Shown piece by piece: positions 51,242-58,740 of a stretch of 64,000 nt of DNA. Location: the NCBI GenBank assembly GCA_938085425.1, contig CALKGQ010000001.1:1850-65849 (forward strand). The letters run 5' to 3'. Positions within the stretch are counted from its first letter, which is position 1; the number at the start of each line of letters is the position of its first letter. The DNA comes from an uncultured Flavobacteriales bacterium. GTDB lineage: Bacteria > Bacteroidota > Bacteroidia > Flavobacteriales_D > Sanyastnellaceae. The notes beneath the pieces are model-generated. The model worked only from the letters and a program-made list of their open reading frames with translations, was not told the DNA's origin and made no database searches. The position numbers and the translations under genes were made by a program.

Positions 51242-53377
51242 TCAGTCGCACGCCGTCCCGAAGTAGAGCAGGAATTCCAGCACGTCGTTGACCCCGACAA
51301 ACCCGTCGTCGTCCAAGTCTTCCACGCCCAAAACGGGGATGGCGTCGTAGCTGGCCAGCAAAATCAACATGTCGTCGATGCCGCGGGTGCCGTCGCCGTT
51401 CAAATCGGCAGCACAAACCGCATGGGCTTCGATCAAGTCGAAGGCCAGGTTCAAAGCGTGTTCGGCCACCTCCAGTCCAATGCGGCGTCCGGGAAGGTCG
51501 TCGCACGGCGGGTGGATGCCGCCCCAAATGCGGGACAAACTGCACTGGTCTGAGGCATCTCGGTAGGTTGCCCACTGCAACACAATGTCTTGTGAGGGTC
51601 CTTCTTCAAACACGAGGAAATCGTCCGCGGGTGCCACAAACTCGCCAAGGCCACCAGGGAAAAATGCATCCCCGGTGATGGCGGTCATCACCTCTGCTGC
51701 GGCCCGCGAGAAGGTGGAGTGTCCGCTGACGTACCCGGCAAAGGGTGGGGTCACAAAGGAAGGCCGTTGGTAGGGCCACCACTGTTCTGCAAGGATCCAA
51801 TCCACACCAGCTTCGTCGGTGGCTGGGTTGTTGATGTACTCGGGTCCCCTCCAGGCGCGGACCTTGAGTTTGTCCACATCAGCGGGGCTCGGAAAGTCGA
51901 GGTCGCCCGGCGTGACCATCTCACAAAACCCAGGGACCAGGGGAAGGCCCGTGGCATCAAAATTGGGCAAATTGGGGTCGGTGCACTGTCCTCGGCCTTG
52001 CATCCACCTCAAAGCGGACACGGGTCGGATGTAGTCGTACCAGCCTTTGTGGCTCCATGCGGCGATGGCGGCATCGTGCAACGCCCCGCCAAGTGTGAAG
52101 TAGGCACACACCGCCCAATCAAAGGGGTACATGTCGGGACCTTCGCCACGCCATTTGGCCTCAAAATCGGGGTGGTCCATCACCCCATTGGCGATGCTGA
52201 ACCAGTGTCCCGGAGGCGTTTCTGAATCGGGGCCATCGGCCCAAAACTCCGCCAACACACGGGTGTAGTCTCCGCGCGGCACCAGTTGTTCCTCATAGGC
52301 CGCTCCTGTGGCCGGGTTGAGGGCATGGCCTTGGCTGGGGTCTCCCCCATGCTCCCAGTCGTAAAACTGGTCGTACTCCGAGTAACCGAGGTTCAAAAGT
52401 GAGGGGTCGACATTGCCCACAGAAGACGGGCTGATGTCCAGCATGACGCCGTCGGTGGGGTCCAAATGCTCCGACCAGCGCAACACCATGGCATGTCCCC
52501 ATGTGTAGGCGTCTTCGATGCCTTGGGCATAGTTCAAGGACAGGAGCGGTGGTTCACCTTGGTCCAGCCAAACAGGGTAGGGATGGCCGTCGTCGCTCAT
52601 GTACACGGTGCGCACACTGTCCGGCAACCCAAACGGCGTCACCTGTCCCCATTCGGGGCTGAGGAACGGAGGGGTTTCCGATTCTGGAACCCCACTTTGG
52701 CCAATGAATGTGCTGAGGTTGATGCTCTGCCATCGGTTGGGCTGCGCCAAGAAGGGATTGCCTGGCACGGTCTCGATGAACATGTCCGGGTTGGAGGGCG
52801 TGTAGTGTTGGTTGGCGTAACCGTTGATTTCGTTGCTCCCGTCGGCGTAACCATAGGCCAAGACTTGTTGCGCGATGTAGTTGCCAAGGGCTGCAGGTCC
52901 ATCCACGAGGTAGTCGGTGCTCTGCATGCTGTTCACGCCTCCCTCCAACGCGAATTGTTGGAAGATGGACATCAAGGTCGCATTGCCTCCGGGACTTCCT
53001 GAGAAGCGGTTCCACAAAAGCCGGTAGGAGGCGTAGTTGATGGCTTCTTCTTGGGCCAAACGCCTCGCCACGGGATCTTCAATCGCCGGCAGGTTGACGT
53101 TCACAAGAAAGGGAGCGGCCGTGCTGTCGTAGGCTGCCCATGCATCGTAGCAGGCCAACGACCAATGGTGCAAGTTCCTTGCATGGACGGTAGGACGTGC
53201 CAGATCTGCACGAATGGACTCCAACAACACCTCGTTCCAATCGCGGACCATGTTTTGGGCTTGAACCCCCGTCCCATGGGACAGTGCCACGCCCCAAAAG
53301 GCGCACAACGAAGCCACCCGCAGGAGGGCTCGGCGGTGCCGCTGACGTGGAGTGTCCTTGTGAAAATGCATGGTCAT
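51242..53377 (-). CDS. Secreted PAP2-superfamily / vanadium-haloperoxidase-like enzyme with possible Tat leader and C-terminal dockerin-like pair
   Basis: All three PAP2 motifs are intact: KGWYDYIRP (Kx6RP), VSGHSTF (SGH), SRIWGGIHPPCD (SRx5Hx3D). N-terminus has RQRHRRALLRVASLCAFWGVALS. ATG 53377 (track start 53392 is TTG). Confidence 0.75.
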   Translation of the reverse strand: MTMHFHKDTPRQRHRRALLRVASLCAFWGVALSHGTGVQAQNMVRDWNEVLLESIRADLARPTVHARNLHHWSLACYDAWAAYDSTAAPFLVNVNLPAIEDPVARRLAQEEAINYASYRLLWNRFSGSPGGNATLMSIFQQFALEGGVNSMQSTDYLVDGPAALGNYIAQQVLAYGYADGSNEINGYANQHYTPSNPDMFIETVPGNPFLAQPNRWQSINLSTFIGQSGVPESETPPFLSPEWGQVTPFGLPDSVRTVYMSDDGHPYPVWLDQGEPPLLSLNYAQGIEDAYTWGHAMVLRWSEHLDPTDGVMLDISPSSVGNVDPSLLNLGYSEYDQFYDWEHGGDPSQGHALNPATGAAYEEQLVPRGDYTRVLAEFWADGPDSETPPGHWFSIANGVMDHPDFEAKWRGEGPDMYPFDWAVCAYFTLGGALHDAAIAAWSHKGWYDYIRPVSALRWMQGRGQCTDPNLPNFDATGLPLVPGFCEMVTPGDLDFPSPADVDKLKVRAWRGPEYINNPATDEAGVDWILAEQWWPYQRPSFVTPPFAGYVSGHSTFSRAAAEVMTAITGDAFFPGGLGEFVAPADDFLVFEEGPSQDIVLQWATYRDASDQCSLSRIWGGIHPPCDDLPGRRIGLEVAEHALNLAFDLIEAHAVCAADLNGDGTRGIDDMLILLASYDAIPVLGVEDLDDDGFVGVNDVLEFLLYFGTACD
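51245..51420 (-). other. C-terminal module D: two diverged dockerin-like repeats ending FGTACD-stop
   Basis: AVCAADLNGDGTRGIDDMLILLASYDAIPVLGVEDLDDDGFVGVNDVLEFLLYFGTACD. Confidence 0.6.
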
Positions 53378-53401
53378 ATGCCGTGAAGGCAACTAAAAAT
53401 A

Positions 53402-53409
53402 CAAAATTA
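53402..53409 (-). promoter_or_regulatory. Candidate -7 promoter box (TAATTTTG) for the haloperoxidase-like gene
   Basis: Exact TAnnTTTG on the minus strand, 24 nt upstream of ATG 53377. Confidence 0.35.
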
Positions 53410-53490
53410 TGTCCAATAAAGCTCAAAAAACGTGGAGAGATGGGCGATGTTGGCTCAGGAGAGAAACCCATCAAACATCAAAAAGTTTTG

Positions 53491-54036
53491 TCAGAGCAGC
53501 CCTGCAGCAGCGAGCAATCCAAAGATTTGGGCCGGGCTTGCGAGGCCTTCCATCACCGCCACCCGGTCGGTCCATGACCGGCTGGCCTCTTTGTAGATGC
53601 CCCAAACGGGGGCACCTGATGGGGAAGGGAAGGCTGGCACTTCTTCACGGAGCGTGTAGGCGACATCCAATGGAAACGTGGAGTCGCCAATGAAGATGGA
53701 GCCGTCGTGGTAGGTGTACAGGATGCCGTCTGAAAAACGGGAATCCCCTAGGCAAAGCTTGCCTTCACGCACGGTGTAGGCAATGTCCAAGGCGCTGGTG
53801 CTGTAGCCCAAGTGAAGGTGGGTCTCCTCCCACATGTTGTCGGCGTGCAAGGTGTAGGCGACTTCACCTGACCAGGAGGGCCCCAAGCGCACCACGTTGT
53901 GTTCGACATGGGCCAGCATGTCGCGAAAGACCAACTGGTCGTCGGGAAACAAATGCACCCTGTCTTGGGCATGCACCGAACCCCACATACCAAGGCATGC
54001 CAGGGTCCATCGGATGATCCATTGAATGGTCTTCAC
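53491..54036 (-). CDS. Hypothetical secreted protein built from four short h-x-h-G-x-S-x4-D-[IV]-A-Y-T-[LV] repeats
   Basis: GTG 54036 overlaps the upstream TGA (GTGA). Signal peptide IIRWTLACLGMWGSVHAQ. Four internal repeats are seen by eye. Hydrophobic C-terminus. Confidence 0.5.
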   Translation of the reverse strand: MKTIQWIIRWTLACLGMWGSVHAQDRVHLFPDDQLVFRDMLAHVEHNVVRLGPSWSGEVAYTLHADNMWEETHLHLGYSTSALDIAYTVREGKLCLGDSRFSDGILYTYHDGSIFIGDSTFPLDVAYTLREEVPAFPSPSGAPVWGIYKEASRSWTDRVAVMEGLASPAQIFGLLAAAGLL

Positions 54037-55289
54037 ACGGGCAAGTTCGCCACTTCGCAGGCGACTTTCCAAGCGTGCGCGACGTCCTCTTTCAAATCTT
54101 CGGGATGCTCCAAGCCTACGGAAAGCCTGACAAACCCTTCGGTGATGCCCATTCTGACCTTGGCCTCTGCAGGCACGCCTGCGTGCGTCATGCTGGCGGG
54201 ATGTTCCGCCAAGCTCTCTGTCGACCCCAAGCTCACGGCCAACTTGAACACGGTCAAGGCATCGAGGAAGGCAAAGGCGCCTTCACGGCCTCCCGGGACG
54301 GTCAACCCAATCATGGACCCCCCACCACGCTGTTGCTGTTCTGCAATGGAAATGTCTTCCCCCATGGTGGTCAAATCCTCCTTCCACGCCGACCTGATGG
54401 CTTCAGGACCGCAGAGCTCACGCAAGTGGGCGAGCAGGTGGCCTGCATTCTCTTGTTGACGCTCGACGCGGACGTGAAGGGTTTCCATGGAGCGCGCCAG
54501 CATCCAGGCCGAATGTGGATCGAGCATGCCGCCCAAAAACGTACGAAACTCCTTCACCTTCCCCATGGCTTCTGCACTGCCTGACGCCCCTCCTGCAATG
54601 AGGTCGCTGTGACCGCCGAGGTACTTGGTGGCCGAGTACAACACGACGTCCGCTCCCTCTTCCAGGGGACGCTGAAGCACAGGCCCGAGGTAGGTGTTGT
54701 CGACCATCACGAGGATGCGGTGGTCGGATGTGCTGTGTGTGGCAGCCCACTCCGCTGCAGTGCGGATGCGCTGCAGTTGCATGGTGGGGTTGGCAGGTGT
54801 CTCCAGGTAGATGATGCCGGGCAACTTGCCTTCTGTGGCATGCAAGGCATGGTCGAGGCCCTCGAGGCTTTCGATTTCCGTCACCGTGCGGCCCATGTCT
54901 GGCAACACGTCTTCGAGAAAGTGATGGGATCCCCCATAAAGCGGGCCCACAAACCACACCGGTCGGTCTGCGCCTGACCAGGCCAGGAGGGTGGTGCTGA
55001 TGGCCGCCATGCCACTGGCAAAAAGCGCCGCGTCTTCGCTGTCGTCCCATGCGGCAAGTCGCGCTTCAGCCATGCGCAGCGTCGGGTTGCCCAACCTGCT
55101 GTAGATGAAGCCGTCCGGTGGGGTTTCTGCGCCTTCGACGCCATAAGCAGTTTCCATGTGGGCAGCCCCTGTTCTCGCATCCGGGAACACAAAGGTGGAG
55201 GCGGGGTGCATCGGTGGCTTCACCGCCATGTCGGCGTCTTGAGGCCGGTATCCTGCGAACATTGCGCGGGTTTCCAAGCGTTTCTTCAT
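54033..55289 (-). CDS. PLP-dependent Cys/Met-metabolism enzyme (methionine gamma-lyase / O-acetylhomoserine sulfhydrylase family)
   Basis: YSATKYLGGHSDLIAGG (PLP Lys), ...ETRAMFAGY near the N-terminus. ATG 55289 preferred to GTG 55316. Confidence 0.85.
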   Translation of the reverse strand: MKKRLETRAMFAGYRPQDADMAVKPPMHPASTFVFPDARTGAAHMETAYGVEGAETPPDGFIYSRLGNPTLRMAEARLAAWDDSEDAALFASGMAAISTTLLAWSGADRPVWFVGPLYGGSHHFLEDVLPDMGRTVTEIESLEGLDHALHATEGKLPGIIYLETPANPTMQLQRIRTAAEWAATHSTSDHRILVMVDNTYLGPVLQRPLEEGADVVLYSATKYLGGHSDLIAGGASGSAEAMGKVKEFRTFLGGMLDPHSAWMLARSMETLHVRVERQQENAGHLLAHLRELCGPEAIRSAWKEDLTTMGEDISIAEQQQRGGGSMIGLTVPGGREGAFAFLDALTVFKLAVSLGSTESLAEHPASMTHAGVPAEAKVRMGITEGFVRLSVGLEHPEDLKEDVAHAWKVACEVANLPV

Positions 55290-55304
55290 GGACCAAAAAT
55301 CAAT

Positions 55305-55374
55305 GATTTGTTCCACCGAACGACATCAAACAGAACAAATGAAGAAAAACAAATGAAAAAGAATACATTTGTTC
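55305..55374. promoter_or_regulatory. Cluster of AACAAATG repeats (candidate Lrp/AsnC operator) in the divergent intergenic region
   Basis: AACAAATG at 55334-55341 and 55348-55355. Inverted copy CATTTGTT at 55366-55373. A 7/8 copy GATTTGTT at 55305-55312. A TACATTTG -7 box at 55364-55371 overlaps the inverted copy. Confidence 0.4.
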
Positions 55375-55417
55375 GATAATAGGTGTGAACTTCGAAACGA
55401 ATCAACACAAGTGAACA

Positions 55418-55855
55418 ATGGATGCAGTGGACCGCGCGATTTTGGAGCATTTGAAGTTTGATGGACGCTCCAGCATGCAAGACTTGAGCGAGCTGACAGG
55501 GCTCAGCCGCAGCGCGGTCTTCACACGTGTCAAACGGTTGGAGGACCAGGGCGTGATTGAGGGCTATACTGTGCGGCTCAACCGCAAGAAGCTAGGCATG
55601 GAGATTCGCGCTTATTGCAACGTCTCATTGAAGCTCCATGAACGGGAGCTGTTGGAGGAGTTTGAGAGCGAAATCGGACGCCACAGGGAGGTGCGGTCGT
55701 GCCATCATTTGGCCGGAACCTTTGACTACTTGGTGGAGGTGGAGGTGGCGAACATGGATGCCTACCATCGGTTCATCACCCAGCGTTTGGCCGCGATGCC
55801 CAACATTGCACAGGTGCAGAGCATGTTTGTCATGAAGGACATTCTGACGGCCTGA
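55418..55855 (+). CDS. Lrp/AsnC-family transcriptional regulator
   Basis: MDAVDRAILEHLKFDGRSSMQDLSELTGLSRSAVFTRVKRLEDQGVIEGY (HTH) plus a C-terminal RAM/ASNC domain. Confidence 0.9.
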   Translation: MDAVDRAILEHLKFDGRSSMQDLSELTGLSRSAVFTRVKRLEDQGVIEGYTVRLNRKKLGMEIRAYCNVSLKLHERELLEEFESEIGRHREVRSCHHLAGTFDYLVEVEVANMDAYHRFITQRLAAMPNIAQVQSMFVMKDILTA

Positions 55856-55887
55856 AGACGTCTTGAAGCCGGTCTGTTGGCTTGCTG

Positions 55888-57075
55888 TCAGTCCTGGATG
55901 GCGGCAATGCCTGGCAGGACCTTGCCTTCCAAAACTTCGAGCATGGCGCCCCCTCCGGTGCTGACGTAGCTGACCGCGCTGGCCAGGCCAGCTTTGTGGA
56001 TGGCAGCGACGGAGTCCCCTCCGCCGATCAACGTGAAGGCGTCGTGCTCTGCGGTGACTTTGGCCAAAGCCTCGGCCACGTCGTTGGTGCCACCCGCGAA
56101 GACATCCATCTCAAAGACCCCCATGGGTCCATTCCAGAGGATGGTGCGGCTTTCCAACACGGTTTGGACGAAGGCTTTCCGTGTTTTGGGCCCAATGTCC
56201 AAGCCCATCCAGTCGTCAGGGATGGCGTGGGTGGGGTGAATGGCGGTGTTGGCTTCTGCAGAAAAGTCGTCCGCGCACAACGTGTCTTGCGGCAACAAGA
56301 GTTCGGTGCCGGCTGCCTGTGCTTTTTCGAGGATCCGCTTGGCCTTGTCCAGCATGTCGTCTTCGACCAAGCTCGTGCCGATGGCACCTCCTTGGGCCTT
56401 GACAAAGGTGTAGGCCATGCCGCCGCCCACGATCAAGCGGTCCACCCGGTCCACGAGGTTCTCGAGGATGGTCAGCTTGCTGCTCACTTTGGCGCCGCCG
56501 ATGATGGCCAGCAGAGGTTTGGCTGGGGTCGCGAGCACCTTGTTGAGTGCTTCGATTTCGTTGTGCATGAGGAGGCCAAACGCCTTGTCCTCTGGGAAGA
56601 ACTTGGCGATGACGGCCGTGGAGGCATGCGCGCGGTGGGCGGTCCCGAAGGCGTCGTTGACATAGACGTCGCCGTTCTCGGCCAGCTGCCCGGCAAAAAA
56701 CTCATCTCCCGCCTTTTCTTCGGGGTGAAAGCGCAGGTTTTCCAACAACGCCACTTCCCCAGGTTTCAGTTGTTGCGTCACGTCGAGGGCGGCATCGCCC
56801 ACACAGTCCGAGGCGAAGGCTACGTCGGTGCCCAACAGTTCGGAGATGCGTCCGACGAGGTGCTTCAAAGACAGCCCGGCATCGGGGCCTTTGGGCCTTC
56901 CAAGGTGGCTCATGAGCACCACGGAAGCGCCTCCATCCAGCAGGGCTTGGATGGTGGGAATGGCCCGTCGGATGCGGGTGTCGTCCGTGATGTGGTGTGC
57001 ACTGTCGAGGGGGACGTTGAAGTCCACGCGGACCAAGGCGCGCTGGCCTTGAATCTGGAGGTCGGATAGGGTCAT
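55888..57075 (-). CDS. pgk: Phosphoglycerate kinase
   Basis: RALVRVDFNVPL, GGGDS..., GGGAMLE. ATG 57075 (track start is TTG). Confidence 0.96.
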   Translation of the reverse strand: MTLSDLQIQGQRALVRVDFNVPLDSAHHITDDTRIRRAIPTIQALLDGGASVVLMSHLGRPKGPDAGLSLKHLVGRISELLGTDVAFASDCVGDAALDVTQQLKPGEVALLENLRFHPEEKAGDEFFAGQLAENGDVYVNDAFGTAHRAHASTAVIAKFFPEDKAFGLLMHNEIEALNKVLATPAKPLLAIIGGAKVSSKLTILENLVDRVDRLIVGGGMAYTFVKAQGGAIGTSLVEDDMLDKAKRILEKAQAAGTELLLPQDTLCADDFSAEANTAIHPTHAIPDDWMGLDIGPKTRKAFVQTVLESRTILWNGPMGVFEMDVFAGGTNDVAEALAKVTAEHDAFTLIGGGDSVAAIHKAGLASAVSYVSTGGGAMLEVLEGKVLPGIAAIQD

Positions 57076-57102
57076 GGGGGAGGTCAAATGAGGTCGTTCA
57101 AC

Positions 57103-58635
57103 TCAAGCTTGGAACAGGGAGGCCATGCTCACCAACCCATCGACGTGGGCGTTGAGGTCGGCAATGGCAATGCGTTCTTGCTGCATGGTGTCGCGGTTGC
57201 GCACCGTCACGGCGTGGTCCTCGAGGGTGTCGTGGTCCACGGTGATGCAAAGTGGCGTGCCAATGGCATCTTGTCGACGGTAGCGACGTCCAATGGCGTC
57301 TTTCTCGTCGTACTGGACATTGTGGTGCAGCTGAAGCTTGGCGAGCACTTCCCGGGCCTTTTCTGGGAGCCCATCTTTTTTGATCAAAGGCAAGACAGCA
57401 GCCTTCACAGGGGCCAGCCCAAATGGAATGCGCATCACGATGCGCGTGCTGTCGTCTTCGAGCGTTTCCTCCCGGTAGGCGCTGCTCATCACGGCCAAGA
57501 ACATGCGGTCCAATCCAATGGACGTTTCCAACACGTAAGGCACATAGCTTTCTGAGGTCTCGTGGTCAAAGTACCGCAGTTTCTTGCCGCTGAACTCTTC
57601 GTGCTGCTTCAGGTCAAAGTCGGTCCGTGAGTGGATGCCTTCGAGTTCTTTGAACCCCATGGGGAAGTTGAATTCGATGTCGCATGCCGCATCGGCGTAA
57701 TGCGCAAGCTTGACGTGGTCGTGGAACCGGTACTGTCCCTCGCCCAGATTCAACGCCTGGTGCCATTGAATGCGCGCTTCTTTCCAGTGGTTGTACCAAT
57801 GCTCCTGTGTCCCTGGCTTGATGAAGAATTGCATTTCCATCTGTTCAAATTCCCGCATGCGGAAAATGAATTGACGGGCGATGATTTCATTGCGGAAGGC
57901 CTTGCCGATTTGGGCAATGCCAAAGGGCAATTTCATCCGGCCGCTCTTCTGAACGTTAAGGTAGTTCACGAAGATGCCTTGGGCGGTTTCAGGGCGGAGG
58001 TACACCACGCCTGAGTCGCCACTGACGGCCCCGAGCTCTGTTTTGAACATCAAATTGAATTGACGCACGTCCGTCCAGTTTTTGGTTCCGCTGACAGGAC
58101 AAGTGATGCCAAGGTCCTCGATGAGGGTTTTCACGGCGGCCAAATCCTCAGCCTCCATTGCGGACTTGAAGCGTCCGTGGATGTCGTCCATCTGCGCCTG
58201 GCGACGCAGTACGTTGGGGTTGGTCTCGCGGAACTGAGCCTCGTCAAAGTCGTCCCCAAACCGCTTGAGCGCCTTGGCGATGTCCTTGTTGATTTTGCCC
58301 TCAATCTTGGCGATGTGGTCCTCGATCAGCACATCGGCGCGGTAGCGCTTTTTGCTGTCCTTGTTGTCGATCAATGGATCGTTGAATGCATCCACGTGAC
58401 CCGAGGCCTTCCATGTGGTCGGGTGCATGAAGATGGAGGCGTCAATGCCCACGATGTTCTCATTCATGCGCACCATGGCGGTCCACCAATACTGCTTGAT
58501 GTTGTTCTTCAGCTCACTGCCGAGTTGGCCGTAGTCGTACGCGGCGCTAAGCCCATCGTAGATCTCGCTGCTGGGAAAGACAAAGCCATACTCCTTTGCG
58601 TGGCTGATGATTTTCTTCAATCCGTCTTCGCTCAT
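57103..58635 (-). CDS. glyQS: Glycine--tRNA ligase (homodimeric class II)
   Basis: EYGFVFPSSEIYDGLSAAYDYGQLG, FRNEI..R..FIRMREFEQMEMQFF (motif 2). ATG 58635 (track start is TTG). Confidence 0.95.
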   Translation of the reverse strand: MSEDGLKKIISHAKEYGFVFPSSEIYDGLSAAYDYGQLGSELKNNIKQYWWTAMVRMNENIVGIDASIFMHPTTWKASGHVDAFNDPLIDNKDSKKRYRADVLIEDHIAKIEGKINKDIAKALKRFGDDFDEAQFRETNPNVLRRQAQMDDIHGRFKSAMEAEDLAAVKTLIEDLGITCPVSGTKNWTDVRQFNLMFKTELGAVSGDSGVVYLRPETAQGIFVNYLNVQKSGRMKLPFGIAQIGKAFRNEIIARQFIFRMREFEQMEMQFFIKPGTQEHWYNHWKEARIQWHQALNLGEGQYRFHDHVKLAHYADAACDIEFNFPMGFKELEGIHSRTDFDLKQHEEFSGKKLRYFDHETSESYVPYVLETSIGLDRMFLAVMSSAYREETLEDDSTRIVMRIPFGLAPVKAAVLPLIKKDGLPEKAREVLAKLQLHHNVQYDEKDAIGRRYRRQDAIGTPLCITVDHDTLEDHAVTVRNRDTMQQERIAIADLNAHVDGLVSMASLFQA

Positions 58636-58728
58636 GGTTCGTGGTTTCGAGTGCGTCAAAGTCGTCGCGCGCGAAGGTACGCTTCACCTCGACGCCTCCC
58701 AAGCATTCTCCTTCCGCAGGGAACCGAC

Positions 58729-58736
58729 TACCTTTG
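58729..58736 (+). promoter_or_regulatory. Candidate -7 promoter box (TACCTTTG) 4 nt before the gpsA ATG (leaderless-type)
   Basis: Exact TAnnTTTG. The ATG is at 58741. Confidence 0.4.
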
Positions 58737-58740
58737 GGCC

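Noticed and set aside
58060-58740. N-terminal 227 aa of the track ORF 58060..59727.
   Set aside because: This part is antisense to glyQS and has no coding features. The gpsA Rossmann N-terminus starts at ATG 58741, right after a -7 promoter box.
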